Virus record (IMG/VR): IMGVR_UViG_3300031867_000010 | Coordinates: 1 to 64,000 of that record | Reading direction: 5' to 3' (one strand) | DNA length: 64,000 nt | From: a virus | Lineage: Duplodnaviria > Caudoviricetes | Program-made: the position numbers and the translations under genes | The notes under the pieces: model-generated | Told to the model about the DNA's origin: nothing | Database searches by the model: none | What the model saw: the letters and a program-made list of their open reading frames with translations, nothing else | Shown here: in pieces, positions 1 to 10,500 of the stretch | How the letters are laid out: every line of letters starts with the position of its first letter | Numbering within the stretch: position 1 is the stretch's first letter

Positions 1-163
1 TTCGATAGTCGTTGAACCTTACCTAAATAAATATTTAGGTCTTGGCTGCTGATTGACTCTATTCATTGAATTATTACACTTTGGTATCAATGACCTAACA
101 AGTTCGTCCCAGCAATTAAAGAGGTTTGTTATATACATTACTATATAAAGTGACCCATTATCA
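1..163 (-). ncRNA. Group I intron in RNAP beta gene (5' part; continues beyond window start)
   Basis: Starts right after codon GAT of ...CGNSD. P1: exon AGUGAU pairs with IGS GUCACU, with U.G at the splice site. P2 hairpin has a GUAA loop, and an R-like UCAACGACUA is present. Positions 1-127 are identical to the gyrB intron core at 58670-58796. Confidence 0.9.
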
Positions 164-1555
164 ATCACTATTCCCGCATGTGAGCATATCAATTCTTCCA
201 ATATAACTTGGGTGTAATCCTCTGTATTTCTTTGAAATACTTTTAGATGTTTTTCTTCCTGCACTATGAGGTCCTTTAACAGTATATTTCAATCTACTGA
301 AAAAATCCATGTCATTAATATTTTCATCAAATCTAAGAACTCCAGATGCGTGCATTTTCTGGATAAGTATCATGCCAGAAAATTTGAATATATCAACAAT
401 ATTATCCATAGTTGCTTTATTTCCAAGATTTATTATTCTATTAAGTCTTGTTGAAAACTCTGTTGTCAAAAGACTGGCAATATATTCATGACACCTAAGT
501 CTCTTATTTTCAAGAGACATATTTTCTTTTAGTCTTAAGTTATCAAATTCCATCATAACCCAACGTATAACAGCATATATATTTTCTTTATGATAGTCAT
601 TTACTTTTAAGATATTTTTTGTGGTCTCATCAAGCATACGATTAAAGCTTGTAAGAGTTTCCAGTCCTTTTTCATAATTCTTACCATGAGTAAGATTCTT
701 AATAAAAGGTGTCACATCATTGATATTATCTAAAGAAAATTTCTTTGGAAGAATTTCAAGAAGTCCTGCTACAATTCCTTGAATATATCTGTATTTTATA
801 AACAAGTCTTTTACAACTTCTATATAACATGATGATGATACCTGAAAATATAAGCAATCGTTTTTTCTGTCTTTCAATGATTCCACTAATCTTAAAATAT
901 ATGCGACGTTCAAAAATGATAATGCTTCTAATATACCGTATCTTGATACAATGAAAAGCATTATATCAGTTTCCCTTTTAAACACAAAGGTTTTAAAATG
1001 TGGCATAATATATCCTGTTCCATCAACATCTTCATATATTACTGGCATACGTTTTACAACAACAGGCATAAGAGATTTAACAACTGTAGATGTTAGTGTT
1101 GTGTATGTTGACTTTTCTACAAGTTGATAGATAAGATAATACTTTTTACCATTTATAAATAAAAACCCATCTTCATCAGCAATAGGAATAAGCATATCTT
1201 TATTTATATATTTCTCTTTTAGTATATTCTTACCTGTCTTTGAATCTTTTTCTGTGGCTGTTATTTTTAAATGCACTGTCAATAGTCCAACTCTGTTGTC
1301 GAGTATGAGTTTAGTATCATACTGGGATTTTTTAGGAACACCCATTTTTCTTCTATAGACATGCCTGTTAATATCTATATCACTTTCCTTTCTACTAAAC
1401 TCGTATCCTAAGAATTTTATATTCTTTAAAACTTCCAAGCTTTTCCAAGCATCAACTACCAATTCTTCAAGAGGTTTATCATCTTCTTTTGTAATAAGTT
1501 TTGTATTAAGTTGGTCTTCATAAGTACCAATATAATCTGACAAATATTTAAGCAT
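164..1555 (-). CDS. Phage multisubunit RNA polymerase beta subunit, N-terminal part, exon 1
   Basis: FINGKKY-type segment and C-terminal RGLHPSYIGRIDMLTCGNSD resemble the beta R..HPS..GR.....P.G motif. The ORF ends at the intron. Confidence 0.8.
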
Positions 1556-1609
1556 TACTTCCCTCCTATTTAAATAGAATTTTCTATGAACCGATTAAAG
1601 ACTAAAAAA

Positions 1610-1646
1610 TGAGCTTGAGTGAATATTTCTATTCAACTCAAGCTCA
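1610..1646 (-). terminator. Intrinsic terminator
   Basis: TGAGCTTGAGT/ACTCAAGCTCA stem followed by a T6 run on the minus strand. Confidence 0.7.
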
Positions 1647-1691
1647 CCTGTAAATTATAGCACCGTTAGGCTATCAGCAGAATTAAATCAA

Positions 1692-2417
1692 TCAGTCTTC
1701 GTTCTTCGCAGTAATTATTCCATCTTGCTTGAGGTTGCCTTTTTCAAAAACTTGAGGCTTATATGAAATATTAATTCCATCATCCATTCTTCTAGCATAA
1801 ATCTCATAGCATCCACACACATTAATGTGCTCTTCAAACACCTCTTCTGGATCTTGCTCTGATAATTTGAGCATCATATATTTAACAATACAATCATGTA
1901 TTGTGCAAAAGATCGGCATTACAATACATGATTCAGCAACCTTCAAATCAAGGTCATTTCTGAACTTTGAAACAGCAGCTGTTGAAATTTTATCAATAGT
2001 AGTAAGATCTGAAGTAATATTCTGATTAAACCATTGATTGCATCTAACAACTGAAAGTGTTTCTTCTTCATTAATCTCTGTGAGTCGGTCATTCTCAAGA
2101 TGCTTCATATATGGTGAAAAATTCCCATATTTTTCAAGATCATTGTTTTCCTCAACGTCAAATGTTGATGTATATCCGATTTCCAATCTGTCAGCAATTA
2201 TAATCTGAACGCTTTCCTGCTTGTCTCTGGTGGACTTAAGAAAGTCCATGATAGCCTCAAAGGTTTTCATATAAGTAGCCATAACCCCTTCCAAACTATC
2301 AAAATTAATCTTGAAATCTGAATATATCTTTGTCTTAGCCATACTAGCTATTTGTAAAATATCATCAAGATCATCCACTACATTGTCATTAAAATAAATT
2401 TCTGCCTTACTGCTCAT
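1692..2417 (-). CDS. Hypothetical protein (acidic, 241 aa)
   Basis: Long ORF with GGAGG RBS, overlapping the upstream ORF. Confidence 0.8.
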   Translation of the reverse strand: MSSKAEIYFNDNVVDDLDDILQIASMAKTKIYSDFKINFDSLEGVMATYMKTFEAIMDFLKSTRDKQESVQIIIADRLEIGYTSTFDVEENNDLEKYGNFSPYMKHLENDRLTEINEEETLSVVRCNQWFNQNITSDLTTIDKISTAAVSKFRNDLDLKVAESCIVMPIFCTIHDCIVKYMMLKLSEQDPEEVFEEHINVCGCYEIYARRMDDGINISYKPQVFEKGNLKQDGIITAKNED

Positions 2418-2868
2418 TCTTTTTTCCTCCGTTTTTCTTATTATTTTTATTTGGCAACTTCTTTGTAGAACTCTTAGAATTCTTTTTATCTAAGAAGTTT
2501 ACCTGTGATGATAATATATTATTCAAAAACGAAAGTGCAATATCACTACTATCAACAGATTCCTTTGAGAATAATAACTGTCCAGTCGTAGCATTGATTA
2601 TCATGGTAAGTTTTTTATCATTCATATCTTTGTTAGAAGCATGGATTATAACCAAGAAATTTGATACAGCTTTTCTAACCTTAACCTGCACTGCAAATGT
2701 TATAACATCTGACATCTTTTCTTTGCTATCATTCATTGTATAGCCTATAATAGGATTGATATATTTCATATCATGTTTAATGCTTACAGCAATATCTCCG
2801 ATGCTTTTAAAATAAGCTTCTTTGTCAAAATTTGTTTGTTGTGTTTGGTTCATAATTATCTCCTCCAT
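2407..2868 (-). CDS. Hypothetical protein
   Basis: 153-aa ORF in the minus-strand operon. Confidence 0.75.
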   Translation of the reverse strand: MEEIIMNQTQQTNFDKEAYFKSIGDIAVSIKHDMKYINPIIGYTMNDSKEKMSDVITFAVQVKVRKAVSNFLVIIHASNKDMNDKKLTMIINATTGQLLFSKESVDSSDIALSFLNNILSSQVNFLDKKNSKSSTKKLPNKNNKKNGGKKNEQ

Positions 2869-2877
2869 AAAGTAATT

Positions 2878-3369
2878 TTAATTATTTGATAGACTATATA
2901 CCTCATCCTGATTGAATGATGATATTAAGTCTACATTACCGCATTCGCTCAAAGGTACAACTGTTATTGACATATAACTATTTTCGTCTTTTGCCAACTC
3001 TTTTAAGTTTTCAACTGATAATGGAAGATTAAATCTTTCTATTATAGATTCATAAGTGCTTTTATTTGCAACAACATCTACCATTATTTTATTTGGATAT
3101 AAAATTGATGTGAATAGTCCTATATTAAGTTTGTCATTCATATATATTTTAACAATAACTTCAACTAAATATGGTTGTTTTACATCAGGTAATTCTTCTA
3201 ACGGAGTATCGAACAAGGTATCGTTACTATCTGGTATTACATTCTCAAAAGATTTTTCAAAAGACTTCTTTTTCTTTTTCTTCTTTTTCTTCTTATCTGA
3301 AGATTTGAAATAAAAGCTTTTATCACTTTTCTTTTTCCCATCTCCAAATATATTTTTGAAATCATTCAT
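2878..3369 (-). CDS. Hypothetical protein with N-terminal poly-Lys tract
   Basis: ORF with K10 run and GAGGG RBS. Confidence 0.75.
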   Translation of the reverse strand: MNDFKNIFGDGKKKSDKSFYFKSSDKKKKKKKKKKSFEKSFENVIPDSNDTLFDTPLEELPDVKQPYLVEVIVKIYMNDKLNIGLFTSILYPNKIMVDVVANKSTYESIIERFNLPLSVENLKELAKDENSYMSITVVPLSECGNVDLISSFNQDEVYSLSNN

Positions 3370-3437
3370 TTTTTTAGCCCTCTTTTATAAAGGCTATAAA
3401 TCTATACCTTATAAATTTATAGCCCTTGTGCAATTTT

Positions 3438-4073
3438 TTAATTCTCAGAGTTTTCAGGAAGCTTTACTGTAAGACCTATACTAGCAAACTTATTTACAAT
3501 AGCAATTATTCTGGCAGAAAGTCTTAACTTATTTTCACCATTATATTTTCCAATAATACTTGGTGTGACTTTCTTCACACATTCTTCATTGCTTGCTCTA
3601 CAATACTCATTGACAATATTACTTATAATAGTATTGGGAGAATCACTTGCAAACCCTATAGATTTTACAGTAACCTTTTCATCAGCAGGAATAACTAATA
3701 CTAAAAACGACCCGTTGGAAGTAAATTCATCAGCATCAATATCAAAACTTATCTCAACTAAACGAGGAAGATTTGAATTCTTACTGTCATTCTCGATAAG
3801 TTTTCTTAAATCATCGAATCCATCAATTCCTATAGTATCAACAAATGAACCTTTTTCTGGTTCACTAATATCCACAGATGGCATACGAATGTTATCAATA
3901 CTAGCAACTTCCTTAGTTTTCTTTTTCTTAGGTTTGTCCTTTTTCTTTTTGTCTTTCTTTTTACTGTCCTTATCTTTTTTGCTGTCTTTGTCTTTCTTAG
4001 ATTTCTTAGCATAAAATTTGCTAGAATCCTTCATCTCAAACATCTCAGTGTAATTCTTCTTTTTCTTACTCAT
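3438..4073 (-). CDS. Hypothetical protein with Lys/Asp-rich N-terminus
   Basis: 211-aa ORF with KKDKDS repeats, overlapping the upstream gene. Confidence 0.75.
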   Translation of the reverse strand: MSKKKKNYTEMFEMKDSSKFYAKKSKKDKDSKKDKDSKKKDKKKKDKPKKKKTKEVASIDNIRMPSVDISEPEKGSFVDTIGIDGFDDLRKLIENDSKNSNLPRLVEISFDIDADEFTSNGSFLVLVIPADEKVTVKSIGFASDSPNTIISNIVNEYCRASNEECVKKVTPSIIGKYNGENKLRLSARIIAIVNKFASIGLTVKLPENSEN

Positions 4074-4500
4074 CTTCCATTATTCCTTTCAGTTTCTTTT
4101 TAAGTCTATCAGAATCAAATTTTGCTTTGAGTTCTTCAGCTTTGTCTATCTGGCAGTTAATAACTTTTATTAATGACTTCATATCTGTTTCACTAATATC
4201 AAGTTTTGTCACCTTGGATTCATACATGAGTGTATTATTTTCACAACCCATCTTATTTAAGTATTTCTTATAATCTGTCATTTTAAGATCTGCAAGCTCT
4301 GATACCACTAATGGAAAGCCTACTTTTCTTTTATAAAGTAATGCTTTGATCTTAGGGTCTTGGGTTGTTTCGCAGTGATATAAACCAACTTCACCGTTTT
4401 TGACAAGTTCGGAATAAGTCATTTTGACTTCCTTTTTCTTCTTGTCTTTTTTCTTTTTCCTCTTGGATTCCATTCCAAAGATTGTCCATTCATTTCCCAT
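4066..4500 (-). CDS. Hypothetical protein, Lys-rich N-terminus
   Basis: 144-aa ORF with GGAGG RBS. Confidence 0.75.
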   Translation of the reverse strand: MGNEWTIFGMESKRKKKKDKKKKEVKMTYSELVKNGEVGLYHCETTQDPKIKALLYKRKVGFPLVVSELADLKMTDYKKYLNKMGCENNTLMYESKVTKLDISETDMKSLIKVINCQIDKAEELKAKFDSDRLKKKLKGIMEDE

Positions 4501-4559
4501 TATTTTTTTCCTCCATTTTTAAAAAGTATTAATAAATAAGTTAAATGTAAACTAACTTT

Positions 4560-6632
4560 TTATTTTTCCAAAATAGATCTTAGCTCTTCCTCTGTGACTA
4601 CAGGAATACCATGTTTTTCAGCGGCAGCAGTTTTCGCTGATGATATGCTTTTATTTGGAACTATAAGGTAGTTTACATCGGATGAAAACCTTTCAGTTAT
4701 GCTTCCACCCATACTAATAATATATTTCTCAAAGCTAGAATCCCTAAACATTGTAAAACATACTTTAAATTTAGATTTATTGTCCTCATGATAAATATCA
4801 AGATTTTTAAACAAATATTTTAGAAGGTCAATATTTTCATTTACACCATCAATAATTGATTTAGCTTTGCTTTTACCTATACCTTTTATTTCTGAAAGTT
4901 TGTCATATTTTTCTTTAGCAGATATATCAAGAAAATCTACAAGTGTTACTTTATCAAATACAAGTTTAAAAGTTCCTTCAGAACAACCATCAATACCTAT
5001 AGCACCAAATAATTTATAATCAGGTATTCTTTTCTTTGACTCAATTTCTTTTATCCAATTATCAAACATGACTTTTCCAAAACCATCTTTACTGATTATT
5101 TCAGATTCATGTTTCTTTAGTTTATATAAGTCCTTAATTGAAGTAAGAATATTATCATCATAAAGTTTATCAATGGATGCGTATGATATATCTTGGATTC
5201 TTAACTTACTTAAATAATTAAGAATCTTTCCTTTTTTCCTACAATCACAATCAGGATTTACACAACGAAGAATTGAGCCTTCTTTAGATAGTTCAAGTTC
5301 TTTTCCACAAGAAGGACATTTCTTTATTAGTTTAAAAGGTTTATTTCCAGATGATGTGCATTTTTCATCAATACTCAAATAAGGTACTATATCGTAAGAC
5401 ACCAAAACCATATCACCTTTAGCTAAATATAACTGGTTAAATCTTTCAATGCTTCCAAGACTTATTGATTTTATTGTGTTTCCTTTTAGTTTAATACTTT
5501 GAATTTTAGCAATAGGTGTAATTTTTCCAAGAGGACCTACTTGGAATTCGATATCTTTGACATATGAATATTCACTTTCTTCGGTAAACTTATAAGCAAT
5601 CTCATACCTATTTACGGAATCTTTTCTGCCAAGAACTTCTTGAATTTTTGGATCTACTAAATAAATAACTATTCCATCACATCTTAAATGCTCAGTAACA
5701 TGATGGTCTTGAGCAAAAGATTCTATAGCATCATACTGTCCAAGTTTACATTTAAGACAAGGATGGTCAAATGCCCCTGGACAAATGCATTCAAATTCTT
5801 TTCCCTTAATAGCATATCTAAGTGGCATTATAACTAAATACTTATCTTTTTCACCACTCTCATCAGAATTTATTATCGCTGAAGCTAGAGACCTACTTTG
5901 TTTATATTCACCCTTATAAGTCTTATTATATTCTTTAACAGTATCTTCTTCAACAAGAACTTCTGTCTTTAGTCCAAATGCTTTTCCATTACTTAAAAAT
6001 CTTATTGAATCAGGAGCAGGAATATTTTTAAAATGCTTTGTTATATCTTTAGCAGTATTATCTTTAGTAAATCCTCTTGTGAGAACTCTTTCCATATTAC
6101 CATTCTCGTCAAATTCAAATATAGCACTAACACCATCCCACTTCGGGAACACACAAACATACTGATCTCTAAGATTTATATTATTACCAGTTCTTTCATA
6201 ATAAAGCCTTTCAGTACTTTCAATCCACTCATCTAGTGATTTCCTTGATAGAGCCTTCTTAGTTTCTGGTTTGTGTAAATAATGTATCTTAGAAATAGTA
6301 CCTCTAAGAATTGGGTATTTGTGAGTTACAAGATTAGTATCGCTTTTGAATGCTCTAAATTCAACATTGTTGTTTTCAAGATATTCACAAAATTTATCAT
6401 ATTCAATATCTGTAACCCCTGTGTCTAATCCAGAGTTGTTATAAATTATCCAAGAAATATTTACAATATCTTTTACAATCTGTGTAAAATTATCTGGAAA
6501 TTCTTTACACTCTAGCATACTTGCACATTGCTCGATAAAACTTCTAAACAGTTGCATTTGTGAACTTGCTTCGACTTCATCAATTTCACCATTTTCTAAT
6601 TTCTTTCTGGTTTCACTAACAACATTGTTCAT
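4560..6632 (-). CDS. ligA: NAD-dependent DNA ligase
   Basis: KWDG adenylation motif, TRG, DGIV, IAYKF, OB fold (FQVGPLGKITP), CPSC..C....C Zn finger, HhH and C-terminal BRCT. Start moved to 6632 on the basis of the AGGAG RBS. Confidence 0.95.
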   Translation of the reverse strand: MNNVVSETRKKLENGEIDEVEASSQMQLFRSFIEQCASMLECKEFPDNFTQIVKDIVNISWIIYNNSGLDTGVTDIEYDKFCEYLENNNVEFRAFKSDTNLVTHKYPILRGTISKIHYLHKPETKKALSRKSLDEWIESTERLYYERTGNNINLRDQYVCVFPKWDGVSAIFEFDENGNMERVLTRGFTKDNTAKDITKHFKNIPAPDSIRFLSNGKAFGLKTEVLVEEDTVKEYNKTYKGEYKQSRSLASAIINSDESGEKDKYLVIMPLRYAIKGKEFECICPGAFDHPCLKCKLGQYDAIESFAQDHHVTEHLRCDGIVIYLVDPKIQEVLGRKDSVNRYEIAYKFTEESEYSYVKDIEFQVGPLGKITPIAKIQSIKLKGNTIKSISLGSIERFNQLYLAKGDMVLVSYDIVPYLSIDEKCTSSGNKPFKLIKKCPSCGKELELSKEGSILRCVNPDCDCRKKGKILNYLSKLRIQDISYASIDKLYDDNILTSIKDLYKLKKHESEIISKDGFGKVMFDNWIKEIESKKRIPDYKLFGAIGIDGCSEGTFKLVFDKVTLVDFLDISAKEKYDKLSEIKGIGKSKAKSIIDGVNENIDLLKYLFKNLDIYHEDNKSKFKVCFTMFRDSSFEKYIISMGGSITERFSSDVNYLIVPNKSISSAKTAAAEKHGIPVVTEEELRSILEK

Positions 6633-6677
6633 TACTAAAATCTCCTTTCTTTTTTTAGATATTCGCATATCTATATT

Positions 6678-6685
6678 ATAATATA
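6678..6685 (-). promoter_or_regulatory. Putative early promoter motif TATATTAT (ligase operon)
   Basis: Same octamer recurs just upstream of about nine non-structural transcription units. Confidence 0.6.
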
Positions 6686-6740
6686 TAACTATTGATGAAA
6701 TAATTGAAATTCATTTTAGTCTTTAAATGATATATTATTG

Positions 6741-7080
6741 ATGTGTAAATTAAGTAGTTCAGTTACTTTAAATTATCACTGCGTGATAAACTTAATTACA
6801 TATGAGGGTAAAAATATAAAAGATACTATAGCCTATATCCTATAGTATCTTTTATAAATATGAGAGTACCCTACTCTCAGAAAGGAGGCATAATGTATGC
6901 GTGTTTATTACACCTCTAAAGACGGGAAAAGTCTTTGTGTATGACGAAAACGAGCCACACAAAGACAATAGTGCTACCAGCACTATACATTGCGATAGAA
7001 TATATCGTAATAAGAAGTATTTAGAAAGTAACCAAATACTTTAATAAAATGTTGGATGTTTATAAATTATATAAAACTTA
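6741..7080 (+). ncRNA. Putative highly structured RNA or long 5' leader
   Basis: Chain of about 8 hairpins directly after TATATTAT at 6731, including one ~17-bp perfect stem. Confidence 0.45.
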
Positions 7081-7095
7081 TTTAAAAAAGGAGAA

Positions 7096-7371
7096 ATGAA
7101 TATGATGATTAATTATGACAAGAACACAACAGCAGTAAAAGAGGCTATGAAAATGAGCAAAAAGAGTGGAGTAAGTTATAAAGAAAGACAGGCAAACGCA
7201 TTACAGCAACAGCGTATTGCTGAAGGTATAATAATCAATGCAGGTTCAAAACTTGTAGTCGATGTTATAGAAGGATCTTGCTCTGCTGTAGCTCATGGTG
7301 TAATGTGGGTTGGCAAGAAAATATTTAGTAAGAATAAGGATAAAGGGGATAAAGGGAATAAAAATAAATAA
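7096..7371 (+). CDS. Small hypothetical protein
   Basis: AAGGAG RBS, 91 aa. Confidence 0.7.
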   Translation: MNMMINYDKNTTAVKEAMKMSKKSGVSYKERQANALQQQRIAEGIIINAGSKLVVDVIEGSCSAVAHGVMWVGKKIFSKNKDKGDKGNKNK

Positions 7372-7555
7372 AGATAAAAAAAGAAAATAATATTTGAAAA
7401 ATAATTAAGTTGCAAGCACAGTGACATAAAAATTGTTAAAAAGAGAGGGTTGAAATATATAGCCCTCTCTTTATTTTTTTTAATAACCCATCTAAAAGCA
7501 TCAAAAAACATTCTTTATAATAACACATAGCATCTTCATGAAAGGAGTTTGTTTT

Positions 7556-10500
7556 ATGGCTGTTAAAAAAGAGAATCCAGATAAATTAGTTACTAAGAAA
7601 AAAAATACCAAACTAAATACACAATGGCTAAAAAACGCCACAAAATCAATAGGAACTATTGCTGCTGATAGTATATCTTCCTTAGTTCCAAATTTATATA
7701 CAACAACCACTACAGCTGCCCAACTTACTAGAAATTTAAGACAGCTTAGAAGAAATCAAGGAAGTATTAGAAGTTCTTTAGAAAAAAACCAATATATCAA
7801 ATTTGGTAAAACTTTTATAAAGAATTCGTTACAAGACTTAAAAAGTGGTAAGTTATATAATGAAAGTCGTGACAGTTTTGGTGGTGGAGATGACGAAGAA
7901 TCTACTGCTACTTATTTTGGAGGAGATGAAGAAAATAACGAAGAAGGATCTTCAGAATCCCCTCAAATAAATGTGAACCTAAACCCAGAAGGGTTTAATA
8001 ATGTAAGCAATTCTATAAATAAACTTTCTGAAATACAACTACAAAGTACAAAAGCAAACATCGATGCAATGGTGACAACATCATCAACTGCACTTGCAAT
8101 GCATCAAAAAAATGCTGATGCAATTATAAGTCATTTGTCAAATATTAATAATGGTATAGAAGCATTGGTTAAATTTACAAATGAAAACATGAATAAATTT
8201 ATAGAAACTAGCAATGCTTATTATGAAGCTACTGGAAAAGCTTTCGATGAAAAAACCGAAAGAAAAGAAGGTACTAAAGCAAGCTTAGTAAAAGAAAATG
8301 GTATATTAAATACTGAAAACTTTTTAGGATTTTTGAAAAAGTCCTTCAAGGAAAATTTTGAAGCAACAGCACCTGGTCAGTTATTAAATACTATATCAAG
8401 TGCAAAAGATCAACTTGAAGCTAACCCTATTGGTACAGCACTTTCGTTGATAATATCGACATTTATGCCAGATAATATTAAAAATCCTTTAAAGAAATTA
8501 GACACTCAATTTGGTCAATTACTTACATCAAGTATTATGAAAGCCTCTTCAAAACTTAGAAATAATAGTCAAGAGGGAATACTTGGAAGTGTAATGACAT
8601 TTCTTGGAGATACTTTAAACATAACACCATCGAGAAAAAATACTGTTGATGATAAAGAAATTGATACTAGCGCTGCTGTATACGATAAAATATCAAGAAC
8701 AGCTTTGGTTAATGAAATACCAAAATATTTAAGAGAAAGTACATCCTATCTTAAACAACTTGTACTTTTAAATGGTGGTGATCCAGATAAAGCTATATCT
8801 AAATCAGAAATTTTAAATAGAAGTACTGGAAAATATGAGTCTTATGATTCATTCAGAAAAAATATTATGGGTGAAATCATGAGCTACACAACAGGTGCTT
8901 TTAATAATAGTGATTTCAGTAAAGATTTATATAAAGCAATGTCAATATTTGAAAAGGACTCTGAGAAAGAAGACTATGAAAATATCATAAATAAATTATT
9001 CTTGGAACTTGAAAAAAGTAATATTGACATTATAGATGAAACTAATATTAGTAGTATTATCGGTTCTTTAAAAGGAACGGATCTTAGTAAAAAAGTATTA
9101 CAAAATGCTATAGAGAATACCTTCAATAATGGTAGTTCTCTTTCTATTAATCCTTTGAGAATAAAATCGAGAAATAATAGAAATAAAATAATAACTAGAC
9201 TTGAGGATGAAGCTGGATTTAATTTTGCTGATCTTGTACCAGAAGGTCAAAATATAGATGATGCTATGAGTTCAATTCTTTATGGTACAAACGATGACGC
9301 AACTGCAATTCATACAATTCATCCAAATTCTGTAATGGGTAAATTAAAAAGTATTGAAGATATTCTTCTTAGAGGAATAAATGTAAAAGTAATGCATGGT
9401 GCTCCATTCCCTTCAACAGTACTTGGAAGCACTGATAACTCAACACAAACAACTGGAAATACTCAACAAGGTTCAACAACAGGATCTGGAATTTGGATAC
9501 CTAATTCAAATCAACCATCGTCTAATACTGATGCTACAACAAATTCTGATAATAACAGACAATCTATGGAATCATTATCGGATGAAGAATTATCCAGACG
9601 TATTTTGGAAGCAACTGGTGGTGCTGAAGAAGAACCTGCTAACGATGAAAACGTAAAAAGAAAAGGTTATAAATTTTTTGATAATGGCTATGGTCATGTA
9701 AGCAATATGATGAAATTTGCATTTGCTGGTAAATTTGGTCTTGTAGGTAATGAATTTAATAGTATGATGGGAGATAGCTTCTCTAATCTTGGTATTAAAT
9801 TAAAAGATAATATTCTCATACCTACTAAAAATGCTATCTTTGGAGAAAAGAAAGATGGTGTTTATAAAAACGGTATAATGCCAGATTTTGCAAATGCTTT
9901 CGTTGATATGAAAAATTCTTTTTTGCATATGTGGGATGGTCGAAAATATAAAAAGACTAATGGTGAAGAAGTTGACGAATCTGATAAAGAAGAATCCATC
10001 ACCGATAGAATTAAAAATGTATTCTCCAATTTAAAAGATGATACTAAGAAATTCTTTTTTGGAGAAGAAGGTGATAATACTAAGGATGCTACTAGAGGTG
10101 TTCTTGGTGCTGGTGCTGATATAATACGAGAAGGATTCGATCATTGGAGAAATGCTTTATTTGGAGAAGATTCTGATCCAGATGAAATTAGAAAAGATAT
10201 TGCTAATAAAGTTAAAGAAAGACTTCCAGATACTATTATTGGTGCTGGTGCTGGTGCAATACTTACATCATCTTTTGGAGGACTTCTTGGAGACATAATT
10301 GGTGGACCAGGTCTTGGATTGATACTTGGTGGTCTTACTGGATATGCTAAAAAAAGTGAAGGATTTCAACGTTTTCTTTTTGGTGAAGAACAAGAGATGA
10401 TTGATGAAGACGGAAATCCTGTAAAAATAAGAGATGGTGGGTTAATATCAAAAGCTACTAGAGATTTCTTTAAGAAAAATAAAACTGAGATTGGTGCTGG

